DNA from: Oikopleura dioica
Lineage: Eukaryota; Animalia; Chordata
Length of the DNA stretch: 64,000 nucleotides
Direction of reading: 5' to 3'
NCBI GenBank assembly: GCA_907165135.1
Contig: OU015569.1
Span: 2,418,001-2,482,000 of the forward strand
In this document: one piece after another, positions 1 to 11,492 of the stretch
Layout: every line of letters begins with the position of its first letter
How positions within the stretch are numbered: position 1 is the stretch's first letter
Translations under genes and position numbers: made by a program
The notes under the pieces: model-generated
Database searches by the model: none
The model's input: the letters and a program-made list of their open reading frames with translations, nothing else
What the model was told of the DNA's origin: nothing

Positions 1-1
1 A

Positions 2-2068
2 GCAAACAGCTGCGGAGCGGCTGTGTACCACTGTGCCAAGACGTTGTCCATGGCCATAGCTCCACAATTTGTGGATCATTGCGGCAGACAATTAGAGGAA
101 GTAGTAGGAGGTATGGTCCTCATCGATGCCGCCAATGCGTTTGGCACGGTGGCTCATCCTCTGCTGATGAGCCTCCTGGGCCAATTCTGCTCGGATCTGT
201 TCCTAGGATTCATTGAATCATTTTTGATCAGGTCCTTTAAAGTATGCATAAGGGGTTTCCTTAGCGAGGAAAAAGAACTAGAGGCTTTTGGGTTGCCTCA
301 AGGCTCATCCTTGTCACCCATTGCATACAGCGTATTCAGCGCGGGCTTTCTTAAAAACCTCCGTTTAGATCCCGCTGAAGATAACTCTACCTGCGCCGAT
401 GGGGCACAAACGATGTGCAACTGCGATCATCATCCGGGTGGACGAACGAGCTGCCTCGAAAACGGTTTGATCCTTGGCGAAAGAAAGGACGACAATGACA
501 TTAGCGTTATAGCCGGACAGAAAGCCGCCTTCGCGGACGATCTGGCTGCATTGATCATCGCGCCAAACTCAACGGAAGCCGCCGTATCCCTGACATCCAC
601 GATCAGCCGAGCTACTAAGGAGATCAATGAAAAAGGGCTCAAGGTCGCTGAAACGAAGACAGAATGCTTCTTTGTCAGTAAGTCTAAGATCCCCGAGGAA
701 ATAACCTTTAACTCAACCACCATCAAAGCAAGTGAAAGCGTCAAGTACTTAGGAATTACCCTATCGGCAGAAAGAGGCAAAATATCCTATAGAATGCATG
801 ACATGAACGTCATGAGGAGGATGAGGGCGAATCATCATAAACTCATGACTCTTAAAGGAACGATATCACCAGTAGCAAATGCCAATATGGCAAGAGCTCT
901 GGACATCGGAGTCATTAACCACGGAGCGGACTACAAGCCACTACCTTGCATCTCTATCACCAAGAGTTGGCAAAAGATTTATTGTTATACCCTGGCTAGG
1001 GTCTCGCCAAGGCCATGGTATATTGTGGAAATGGAAAGAAAGCTAATCCTTGAGGGAGGAAACCTATCCTCAATAATGAGAACGCACGAACCTCTCTGGG
1101 TTTCACTGAATTATCAGAGACTTGTAGTAGGAAAGCCCAGAGCGGACGAAGGGCTCGAAACGCTGGACAGATTCCGGCAGCCAACAATCTTTGATAACCT
1201 GATCTGCATGGCTATCAACAATATGCATAAGGTATTCAGATTGCGCACACCGGACACAGCGTGGAAAGCTCTGAGAGGTTGTCTCATCATGGTCAATGAA
1301 AGAGGAGAAAGCATTGGTCCGTTATTCGATTTCGGACGATGTGACAGATACACCGAACACCTTAGTGAGGAAACTAGATTTAGTGATGTTAGAAAATATG
1401 GGTTGTTCACATCGAAAGAACACAGTCACATAACTAAACTACGTTTGAATAGAGCCAGATTTAGGGCACTCTTCAATGCACAGGCTGTGACAGTGCGGTT
1501 CACCCTACCTAGGTCTCAGGATAACGGTCTGAGAATTGACAGGACGCAATGGCCCTACAACATGATGGCTCATTTTAACGATCTGCCTGCAAGTGTAAGG
1601 GCGGACTTTGTGCAAGATTGGTTTCCGAGCAGTCTAAAGAGATTTATGAAAGACAAACATAAACACTGGAAACGAAAAATTTGGTGTGAAAAATGTAGAT
1701 ATAGTTCCCCGTTCTATAACTATGATCTGCAAGTCGAGCTAGGAGACGCTCATCAAGTTACTAGAAGCGCGAAAAGAACGTATAGCACAAAGGAGGACAT
1801 AAAAAGAGACAAGGAATACGATAAGTTATATGCAGAAATGCAGAATAACCAGGAAGACGCAAGCAAAATCCTGTCCATGCTCATTTGGTGGAGGCCATAC
1901 AGGCTCAATAATGTAGCATTCAAGGACTTCGAGGCTATAATGCAAGTCATTCGATACCTGATGGCATATAAAGGATCAGGCACAGATATCATGCGCTTGC
2001 TAGCAGAAAATGAGGTCTGTCGGGACAAGTTCGCCAGGAGCTGCGTCAAAACCCTGAAGTTTCTCTGA
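2..2068 (+). CDS. Reverse transcriptase, non-LTR retrotransposon type (5'-truncated by window edge)
   Basis: Frame open from base 2. RT motifs LIDAANAFGTV (D at 125), GLPQGSSLSP (~293-319), FADD (530-541) and KYLGITLS; C-terminal WCEKC. Intronless. Confidence 0.93.
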   Translation, partial: ANSCGAAVYHCAKTLSMAIAPQFVDHCGRQLEEVVGGMVLIDAANAFGTVAHPLLMSLLGQFCSDLFLGFIESFLIRSFKVCIRGFLSEEKELEAFGLPQGSSLSPIAYSVFSAGFLKNLRLDPAEDNSTCADGAQTMCNCDHHPGGRTSCLENGLILGERKDDNDISVIAGQKAAFADDLAALIIAPNSTEAAVSLTSTISRATKEINEKGLKVAETKTECFFVSKSKIPEEITFNSTTIKASESVKYLGITLSAERGKISYRMHDMNVMRRMRANHHKLMTLKGTISPVANANMARALDIGVINHGADYKPLPCISITKSWQKIYCYTLARVSPRPWYIVEMERKLILEGGNLSSIMRTHEPLWVSLNYQRLVVGKPRADEGLETLDRFRQPTIFDNLICMAINNMHKVFRLRTPDTAWKALRGCLIMVNERGESIGPLFDFGRCDRYTEHLSEETRFSDVRKYGLFTSKEHSHITKLRLNRARFRALFNAQAVTVRFTLPRSQDNGLRIDRTQWPYNMMAHFNDLPASVRADFVQDWFPSSLKRFMKDKHKHWKRKIWCEKCRYSSPFYNYDLQVELGDAHQVTRSAKRTYSTKEDIKRDKEYDKLYAEMQNNQEDASKILSMLIWWRPYRLNNVAFKDFEAIMQVIRYLMAYKGSGTDIMRLLAENEVCRDKFARSCVKTLKFL

Positions 2069-2130
2069 AACCTTTTCACTTAACTTAATTATGTTGTTCA
2101 GAAATAATCAAGCTGGACCAGCGATTGGAA

Positions 2131-4320
2131 ATGGTGAAGGCCATGACGAAACCGGACTATGCCCATGACTATGCAGTATTCTACCCCAGCTCCGGCAAAG
2201 TGAAAACGATCTCTCAGGCCATGATTAGGTCAGAAGGGTTAATCGAGAGGATGAACATCAAGCATGCTCTTCCTACCTTTTGGGGCGACGATGCTGAGCG
2301 AAGAAACCGCGTTATTAATGACTATAAGATGCCTGGCCACCTGATGGGACTATGCAACAAGTACTTCGCGGCATACGCGTCTCACTTCGGCAACTCCAAA
2401 GCCCAATTCAGGGCGTGGATGGGATTGAGTGCGCCGGTGCTTGGAGAAGATGCCCGTAGAAAGCGAATTGCGGTTCAAACTGCCTGGGAAAGAATCGCGA
2501 GTAAAGACAAATCCTCGTGGGGTCTAACATCCATCAACCTAATGGAGACCAGTGATCTACTCCGAAGCGACGAAGATAGGATGGCGAGACGATTGTTTGG
2601 CTCCTACTCGCTCGGCGGTGCAAACAGCCAAGAAACGAGCGCTGGCTTGGACCGCAAGCTGGAATCGGTTGCTGCTAGAGCGATTTTCTTTGAATATTTC
2701 CTACTACCGGGATGTGCCAGCATCATCCTCAACGATGTCAACGGACAAGCTGGCGCATGGACTGCAGCCAGAATGTCTGAATTAGCCCTGAGAAACAGGG
2801 ACAGTATCCTCACCAACCCGGCAACTGTGGAGAAGCTCAATAAAGTCCTGGAAGTAGCCAATGTCCTCAATGAAGCGGACATACGAACGACGATCGGGGA
2901 AAGGCACCACCTCGCGGGTATCGCCGTGAGTCTAGTCAACCACCCGAGCAAATTTGAAATTGAAGCGCTGAAGTCCGAAATTCCCAGAATCATTGCGAAG
3001 TTCAGCCAAGGTGATGATCATGAAGCCCTGCTCAACTTCGCGAATAACAGTGACGTCGGCGGAGCGATCATCGAACTCAACGGCAATCTGGAGAAAGTTT
3101 GCTTTGGTCTTGGAACGGAAACGATGAATGAAGCACGCAAGGTAGTGAGGTCCTCTTTTGGGGCTACGATGACGATGATGCTGAATGACCTTGCTCTACA
3201 CGCCATCAGCTCATTCTGCGAATTCTGCTCGTGCAAGAAAGACCAGAGTACGACAGCGAAGGCGAAGCTACAGGATAGAGTCGAAAACTGCTCGGATCTA
3301 CTCAGACGGTTCGTCACAATCGCGACTGAAGTTGGAAACAAACGTAAGTCAGGCCATAGCAGGATGGACACCAGAGCATTCATGGAAGGACTGATGCGAT
3401 TAGATCCAATCACCATCAGGCAACGCAGCGTATACGATCATTTCCAATGCATCATCAAGAGCAGAGGCTTCCATAGACTTAGACCCAGATGCCCGGCACC
3501 GCATATCATGTGGAGAAACAGGGCCTTTGGCAGCCTGATCCATCTAGAATTTTGCGAAGCCCTGCTGGTGCTTACGCAGCTTCTCTGCAAAAGCACTGGT
3601 CCGGGCTCTCTTTCCATTGTGGACCGGACGCAGAGAACAAGCTGCCTGCTATTTGCTGCAATAATAGGACAGATAAACGACATCATCTGCAGCATGACAA
3701 CCGCGCTCGGGACGCAGAATCTAACAGTGGACTTCTACGAAATGTCCATGACTGCCGGAAAAATGGCAGAAATTACGAATCTTAAAGCCAGAGACGAAAT
3801 TGTACTTGCAGGGAGCAGAACAACGCTCATGCACAGTGGTTTCTTCACTTGCGAGATCAGAAATATGGAAGAAAGGGAAAAACGGGAGATCTCCTCGCTC
3901 ATGGCAAGGCAGGAACGAGCACTCTCAGCGTTGAGGGCAAATGCGGTGGCGCAAGCTGAATTTGTTAACACTAATTTTGAAGGACACACACCGCAGCTCA
4001 TCTCCAACTTTGACTCCGATCACAAGCAATGTCCGATGATCTCCATGGTTCGCATAAACGAAACAAACCCAGGAGAGGGCATCGAATACACACTGCGCGA
4101 ATCAATCCACGCTGCCAGGATCCGAGCAATAATCAACTGTCGCAAGCGAAGGGGCGAACATATCCCACTCCCAGTAAGAGTCTGGGCTCACGAAAACGAA
4201 ACCACTGAAGAAGAAGAGGTGGAAATGCCTCAATTGTCATTAATCGACGACGAGGATGTGACTCGATCATCGTCAATGCTAAAAGTAACTATAAGACAGG
4301 GAAAAGAATATTTACGATAA
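2131..4320 (+). CDS. Intronless ~730-aa protein of unknown function directly downstream of the RT ORF
   Basis: Long uninterrupted ORF, ATG 62 nt after the RT stop, acidic C-terminal patch; no domain I can recognise. Confidence 0.85.
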   Translation: MVKAMTKPDYAHDYAVFYPSSGKVKTISQAMIRSEGLIERMNIKHALPTFWGDDAERRNRVINDYKMPGHLMGLCNKYFAAYASHFGNSKAQFRAWMGLSAPVLGEDARRKRIAVQTAWERIASKDKSSWGLTSINLMETSDLLRSDEDRMARRLFGSYSLGGANSQETSAGLDRKLESVAARAIFFEYFLLPGCASIILNDVNGQAGAWTAARMSELALRNRDSILTNPATVEKLNKVLEVANVLNEADIRTTIGERHHLAGIAVSLVNHPSKFEIEALKSEIPRIIAKFSQGDDHEALLNFANNSDVGGAIIELNGNLEKVCFGLGTETMNEARKVVRSSFGATMTMMLNDLALHAISSFCEFCSCKKDQSTTAKAKLQDRVENCSDLLRRFVTIATEVGNKRKSGHSRMDTRAFMEGLMRLDPITIRQRSVYDHFQCIIKSRGFHRLRPRCPAPHIMWRNRAFGSLIHLEFCEALLVLTQLLCKSTGPGSLSIVDRTQRTSCLLFAAIIGQINDIICSMTTALGTQNLTVDFYEMSMTAGKMAEITNLKARDEIVLAGSRTTLMHSGFFTCEIRNMEEREKREISSLMARQERALSALRANAVAQAEFVNTNFEGHTPQLISNFDSDHKQCPMISMVRINETNPGEGIEYTLRESIHAARIRAIINCRKRRGEHIPLPVRVWAHENETTEEEEVEMPQLSLIDDEDVTRSSSMLKVTIRQGKEYLR

Positions 4321-5140
4321 ATCCTCATTTTAGGGTCCGATTTGCCGACGTGACAGCAAAGCCGGACGAGGATAAGAAACCGTCAACAAAAACTCGGCGA
4401 TATTGATGTACGAAGCCGAGCCAGCGTACGCAGAAAAAGTTTTAAACTCCTTGTATCTCGTATATTACTTGTTCTTTTATTCTTTGAGAGTGATGGTGCC
4501 CCTACCCCCGTTAACTGTACCCCTTGAACCTCTATCCAAGTTCTCTCCTAGCCATGGGTCTGTGTAGTTCGGAATAGACAACTACATTTAGCAATCATAT
4601 AGCACCTTGTGCATATTTCATATTTCATCTGTCTAAAGAATACATAGATCTACTTGTACATGGGGCAGCACTTGTTTAAATATATTTCATAGTTACTGTA
4701 GTTACTTACATCCTCTCACATGTCAAATCCTTAACCATACATGTTGCCACATATCCCGCCGTAACCTATACATTAGCAATTATATATGCTTACATCATAC
4801 ACTTAGGCCCATCTAACCACGTGCATATTATGCTGCCCTCTCTATAAACAAGAAAAACATATATATCAATGACATATCCATAGGGACCCTCCAAACCAAA
4901 AAGAGATAGGAGGGCCCTCTTGCATCCTCGTAATGGTGTCTGTTGTTTATTCCAAAGCAAGTATACAGTAGGTTTTGTCACAGCAGATCGAGCGGTAAGC
5001 ACATTAGGTCATGCAAATAAAGCCAAAAACTCGCGATGAGGCAGTACGAGGATCACATCTGTAAGAAAAAGCACTACTGCAAGGACGGGACAGCAGAAGC
5101 ATTGTGAAGAAAAATGTAGGCTGGTTAACAGCGGGGCAGG

Positions 5141-5845
5141 CTAAGGCTGGTAGCGATTGACGGAAAGGCGAAGTCGTGCGGAGCGGCGAGTGCCGGAAGC
5201 AGTTACAGTAGGACGAGTCGAGGAAGTAGATGCATCAGAAACATCCTCGGATACAAAAGCAGCAGCTACGGTAGCGGGTGCAACTGTATCTAGGAAAGAT
5301 GGTGTTGGATTATGATGAGATAATTCATAATGATAAATTCTCTAAAAAAGGGTACAGACAGTACCTGTAGGTGTATAAGTAGCCAATGCATGACATGTAG
5401 GGCGATCTTGAGAGCTGAAGGACGCCTCGGCTGCTATGGCACTGCCAACAACGTTGGAGCCCGATGGAGACGCAACACCCTCTGCAAAGGCGTCATCATC
5501 ATCCTCAGCATCCCCGTCTTCGCTGGATGAGGAAGAGTCATCGTCCAGCTGCGAGGCAGAATGATCACTTTTCGCGACGATAGGAGTAGACGGACCATGA
5601 TCAGGGAAAACAATTCCCCTTACGTCGAAAGTCGCGGAACGCAAGCAGGTAGCATCAGGGCATGTAAGAATAGGATAAGCCGGTCGTGGAGTATCGGTAA
5701 CGTCGATGCCAGATCCCAAGAAACAACGCAAACAACCGGCATGTCGACAACGAACGTTCACAATTTCCTGCCGATAGGGAAACTTATAAGGACGACGACA
5801 GAATCGGCAGATTGAGCCAGGAGGAGTCTTGGTCTTGGACGACAT
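5141..5845 (-). CDS. C3HC4 RING-finger protein (~209 aa, 2 exons) with acidic linker and C-terminal RRSARLR motif
   Basis: CRFC...CRHAGCLRC...CPDATC. A GT-AG intron at 5364-5290 (75 nt) joins in frame to DTVAPAT...TRRSARLRLSVNRYQP*. Confidence 0.8.
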
Positions 5846-6042
5846 CAACAGCTCCTATGCACGCAACGAAGTCTAAAGAAACAACCTCTCAGACAAGATA
5901 ACGATAAGACTCAAGAGGAATTATTCTTATATTTCTGTATCATGTACAGTTTAAAATTATATTCAAAAGACATTTTCTGTGACAGAGAGGATACATGCCT
6001 GCACAGAGGATGAGAATTAGTCATTGTCATACAATGTTGGAG

Positions 6043-9000
6043 TTAAACAGTTGGTACAAGACTAAAATACATTGGGTTGAGACTCATGGGCAATGGCACC
6101 CGTAGGGAGACGAGCATCTTCTCGACAGGATCGTAGAAGGCCATGGGAGTCAAGAGAGGCACGGTCGTGGGTGATCGTCGAGTTTTGGAAGGAACGCGGT
6201 AAACACCGTAGACCCGTCTCATGTTCGCAGTCAGAAGAGCGTGGACGTCGTCAAGAACCCATCCTTTGCGCTCGCAGAGGTAACGACCAAGCGGACTCAA
6301 TCGGTTGGCACCCAAGGGGATCGGCCAACTGGAACGGACGACTGGAGCTCTTTAAAACAAGGATTGAAAAGGGCACAGGGCACGTGAAGAATTAATTACC
6401 TTGGTTAGTGGCCTCGACGACTGAAGAGGGCAGAAATTTCTGATGACGAGCCTCTCGATCGCCAACATAGGTACATTCCTTGAGCTTGGGAGAGACCTGC
6501 TCGAGGGGGCGGTAAGACCGCAGGTCGCGGATGAGGCGGATCCATCCTGCTGTGTTCGAAGGGCAATCCTTGCTGATGCAAAACTTGGATTTGCAGCGAC
6601 GAGCAGGCGCCAGCTCAGCGTGGAAAGCGGGAAAGACAGAGGTCAACATCCCGGACAAAGGGTTGGTGACATCGTGCAAGCTGGTGAGAACGCGATTCAG
6701 ACGCTCGAGAGTCTCGACTGGTCGCAATCCGTGGCGAAAAGGGTTATCGGCCCCAAGGCGAGTTCTTAGAAATTAAAATTAAAATCAAATCTAAATTTAA
6801 ATCTGAAACAAAAAGGAAGAGGACGATGGCCCATTATCATACCTCAAATCCAAAGCAGAGCGCTGAAAAGTGCCGGTCGGGTCACGCAAGGCGAGTAACT
6901 CAGCCGATGACTGGATGTAGGTCTGGTAGGTTGAAGCCAAAGCCAGGTAGTCACTAGTGAAGATAGGTTTACAGTCTGATAATAAAGACCGATTATATGC
7001 TTACCGCTCAAGGAAGCGGGGATTTCCACAGAAGCCCTCCATTCCTTCGGGGAGGAGAACAGAAGGAAAAGGCAATCGCGGGAACGAATCTGGCACGGGA
7101 GTATCATGATACCCGTTCGAACGATGCTGAGGATCGGCCATGAGAAGATAGCGGACATAAAGGCGGAAGGAATCCACGCGATTCGGAGTAAGATGATCAC
7201 AATCCACCAACAAATCGCCAGTGGACTTTCTTATGGAGCAGTTGAATCCGAAGAGGCGCAGAAGACATTGCAAGGAGGATGACTCTGCAAGATAGTCCTC
7301 GTAATCCTTAACGAAAAGTTTAAGAGCGAAGCTGAGAAACTTAGAGGACAAATGGGTAAAAGGTTACCTGGTGTGTTGGCTGCTTCATCTCGTCGGGGAA
7401 AAATAAACGGAGAAAAACGCCGGGCGAGGCAAAGTGGCAATCGGCCAGAGTCCGCTGGTGGTTACTTTGTCCAATCGAAGTCAAGGACGGGGCAGGAGGA
7501 TACACGACAACGTTTACGTCGAGAGGCGATCGCAGGTAGGTCGATTGCTCGCGCTGGCTTACGCAGCCATCCGTTACATCCCGAAGTTCGAAGAGGGGCC
7601 TGCATTGTCCATAGCGACAGATGGAGACGAAGAACTCGGACAAGAAATGAAGCGTCACCAAGCTAAAATAGTTAATCTTTCTTTGCAAATAGGTGTACGT
7701 GGTGGCTCAGAATAAAAGACTTACAGGGTACGACGCCCAACAGATAAGAGGAGGAGGCGAGAAGGCAGCCGCCTGAAGTCAAGCAAGTCTTGTCAAGACA
7801 AGTCAATAGACGAGGTCCGGCTCGGTGGTTTTGCAGTGGTGCGGTGCAGAAAGTTCTCGGAACATTTCGATTCATCAGATGCTGCAACAAGGAAGGTTGG
7901 AACCGCGTTTCGGGAGACAGGAAATAGACATAATCGCACTTCTGAAAGAACTCGGTTACTTCCGGTAGAGGACGATGTAGCAGCTTAATCAAGACAGTAA
8001 GTACTTACAGCACGTAGCAAAGCCAAAGATTGGGCGTGATTTCGAGCATGATCACGTGCCAGCGTCACTTCCATAGAGGTAGCACTTGCCTCGAACCGAC
8101 CAGAAGCGCCCTCGAGGAACTTGTCATTGATGAACTCTGGCCACATCAAGAAGCCCCGCTGGTCGTCGGCAGAAAGGGTTGGTAGAATCTGACGAAGGAA
8201 GTGCACAAGACGATCTAAATGTTAATGTGGTTAACTTTCAGTGGACTGGAAGCTCACACACAAGGATGATGTATAACCATCATCCTCTTAAAATAGAGCT
8301 CGATAGACTCACCTAGATCAGAGAGATTCAGGTCTCGCAAGTAGGCTGCCACGCGATCTGACACTCGAGCAGCTGGATTCTGGCTGAAAGAGCGGAGAGT
8401 AGCAACCATGCATTCGGAAGCGGCACGGCGGGACAGGGGCTTGCCGGCCACTTGTCGGGCAGCCAAGTTCAGCTGCAGAGCGCGAGAAAAGGGCGAAAGT
8501 TGTGAAGAATCCAGGGTTGTCAAGGTTGGCGGAGTAGTCCCATGCGTTCCGTAGCGTCTATCGCGAACACGTCGGTGAGAACTACCTCTGGTGCGGGCAG
8601 AGGTGGTAGCAGAGCTGGTAGACGCGGTGCCAGAAGGAGTCGATGAAGAAGTAGAACCAGTTGCAGCGTGAGACGCAGTACCTTGTGCAGCGTTACTGGC
8701 GCCGGTAGCGCGAGTGACGCGAGTCGTCGAAGTAGATGGCGCGGCGGTCTCATGCTCACCTGTTGTCGGAGTAACAGGGTTAGACGAGCTGGCCCCAACC
8801 TCGCCTGGACCCGAAGAAGTAAGGGTTGAATCGGAAACTGCAGGAGCAGGAGGTGAGGAGTTCTGACCGTCAGCTGCTGAGGGGGACGATGCAGGAGGAT
8901 CCTCGACGGGAGTCTCGACTCTAGTACCATTCAGGTCGCCATCTATATCATCAGGAACGTCGAGATCGATGAAGTCATTATGAGACACATCTTCATGACC

Positions 9001-9255
9001 CTCAGGAGATGGAGGAGACGCTGGTGACGAAGGTGGGGTGTGCCTTTGTGGAGTAGGTGACCTGGACTGAGCAGGAGCCGGGGAAGTCTCGGGTGCTGCG
9101 GTCGCGCTGGGAACGTCAGTGTCCGCAGCACTCGTTTGTGTGTCCATGGGCGTCGCAGCTGGAGGAGTGGACGCTGTAGAAACGGGAGATGTTGGTGGTG
9201 GCGAAGGTTGAGCACTCGTTGTTGCAACGTTCGGTGTATGAACGGGAGCGCCCAT
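6043..9255 (-). CDS. Multi-exon orphan protein(s): long Ser/Thr/Pro/Ala-rich N-terminus followed by a Cys/His-containing globular region
   Basis: Consecutive minus-strand ORFs join in frame via GT-AG introns at 7004-6954, 6842-6765 and 6399-6348, plus less certain introns near 8255-8210, 8008-7940, 7724-7660 and 7366-7305. The junction near 7720 is ambiguous, so this could be two genes. Confidence 0.68.
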
Positions 9256-9352
9256 CGTGGCCCTCACTTGCGCGGTAGCGAGCAAATGCTCTTCGGGTCC
9301 TAAAGAATAGTATTTGTCAAGACTGGACTTAATAATTAGCAGGTACCTGCAT

Positions 9353-10775
9353 CTACCAAGACTGAGACTTTATATCCGCCGGTTCCGTCCCCCTCCACTA
9401 AATAACGAGCGTTCAAATAGGAGGGTGGTGTGGCATCATCCTCATCGTCGCTTGGCAGAGGTGACCGCTGACGCATGGGGACAGTGTACTTGTGCAGCAC
9501 GTCAGTGAGAGTCGTCAGAGAGGGGCCAACATGAGTTAGGTCAGAAGTTTGGTAACTTTCAAGAGGACGGTCTACAGAAAATCAGCTAAGTGATCTGAAA
9601 ACAACTGAGGCCTTAATACCTGATTCAAACGAAGTCAACTCATACAGCGCCAAACGCACGCGATGTTCGGCATAGATGGTGTAATGCTGCATGTCTGTAG
9701 AATCAGGCAAGACACTGTGATCAGGAGAGATGACTCGACAGAACATCAGCAAGTACTTGGCATCTGACCCTAACGAAGAGATACGAGATCGGTAATCATT
9801 CCCGAACGAGGACCATACACCAGCCTTGAAATTGAAATTAAAATAATGATAAGAATAAAGCGGTGAGCAGTTGGGTAGCAGGCTGTATCTAGTGTACTCA
9901 CGTTAAACATGTTTTGGAGAAGCCGGCAAGTAGTGGCGGTAGGGCGCACCTCCTGCAGAAGAGTAGGAAGATGACTCATCATCCTCGACAGCACGTGAGC
10001 AGGCGCAGAGACACGACGAAGAAAGTAGTTGACGCTGAAGAATGAAAATTTATGCTCCAAACTACAGATAACTCAAACATACCTCTCGTGCAGCAGATTG
10101 TAGGTAGGCAAGTGCGGGATTAGTCGGCTTTGGGAGACTTCCAAAGTCGTCTGATGGCGGATGTGATCCGAAAAAATCTCGAACAGGTCCACCAGTCGTA
10201 CCACTAGTGCTCGGAGCTTTTGAATCTTCATCCGGCGATTAGAAAGATGATTCAGGGCCGGGTTGAGAAGGTAAGTGACCATATCCGAGCGTAAGGGTGC
10301 TAGGTAGATCACGAGCTGCCGGTCAAGTTGCTCACAAGCATGATGGCCGAGACTCGTGAGTTGTTGGCGTGATAAATCCCTGGAGAGTACGTCGCGGAGA
10401 CTCTGTGTCACTACCTAAAAACATGCTTACAACGAACAGTCGACCTGCCAAAACACTGTACCTCGTCAGTTATCTCTGCGGAGACGCGAGTAAAATGGTA
10501 AAGCGCCGTGGAATACTCGATGTTATCGGGTCGGATCGTTGAAGTCGAGGTTAAAGTAGACTCCAACAACTCCCCTGGGCATTAATCGAGACGAAGGAGG
10601 AAGTGGGAAAGCTTGCGGAAGATGTTGAGGGCTGGTCAAGATCCTCAGGAAGTCGTACAGGCGGCTCCTCGGAACGCCGCTTTTTCTTGCTGGGGCCTTC
10701 ATCAGTGGGAGAAGCGGGACGACCGCCTGACACAGATGGTGCATCACCATCGCAGGGGGCAACATTAGAAGGTTC
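9353..10775 (-). CDS. Multi-exon orphan protein with NLS-like PSKKKRR
   Basis: In-frame exon chain through introns at 10616-10570 (GC-AG, 47 nt), 10461-10415 (47), 10082-10035 (48), 9901-9825 (77) and 9619-9572 (48). Ends at ...KSQSW* (9353) or splices onward. Start exon lies upstream of 10775. Confidence 0.68.
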
Positions 10776-10942
10776 CTACAAAAATGTTAATGAAATGTGA
10801 AAATGTGGCCAACACCCACAATGATCCAACCCTAGAATAGGACCTTAAATAGGACACGAGGATGATGTCTCACCATCCTTTATTTTAAGAAATTCTATCA
10901 CACGGGAGACAAGTCAATTTATCGTCAAAATAGGGCAATCTC

Positions 10943-11492
10943 TTACACACTCCATAAATCTGGCTCTAATAGAAGGCGCAGCTCAAAAATGACTGAAGGA
11001 TCGGCAATAAAGTCCAGCTGAAATCTAAAGCTTAAAAACTTAAATTGAAAAACCCGTAATTCTCTAGACCTAACTTTGTTTTTGTGAGCATATGGACGAG
11101 GATGCTCGAGCGTCCTGTAAGAATTGCGGTGATATATCATCAACGGTCAGGAAAGTCGAAGGGTTAGCGTAAAAGTAAACCCGGATATATCCCATTTCTC
11201 ACCAAGGCCCACGGGGGCAAGACTCGATAAGTCGGTAATCTGCAATACTAGTAGATCTAACCTGTTCGGGGAGCTCGGACAAGCGAGCTGTGTAGAGGCG
11301 CACGGGAGTCGCAGGAAAATCGCCAAAGGATATCATCCCAAATATTTTCTCGGAGTCAGGAGACATGACGGAGTCACGGGGAAAAACGAATTGGCGGCGA
11401 GCTTGAACTAATTCGTATAAGATGCTGCCTTCAGGTGACCGAAAGCGCAAATGACGGAAAGAGTGGCGCGAAGCCCTCACAACAACACACAT
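10943..11492 (-). CDS. First exons of the antisense cassette (MCVVVRASRH...), unknown function
   Basis: ATG directly preceded by TTTTCTAG; GTGAG donor near 11201 joins in frame to ...TLEHPRPY; the link to the 10775 exon was not resolved. Confidence 0.5.

Noticed and set aside
2552-4007. Short ORFs overlapping ORF2 on both strands
   Set aside because: Fully nested in a much longer ORF, with no motifs.
7300-8010. Ultra-short 19, 25 and 28 nt introns in the antisense cassette
   Set aside because: Alternative splice sites giving 55-78 nt introns keep the frame equally well; this cannot be decided without transcripts.
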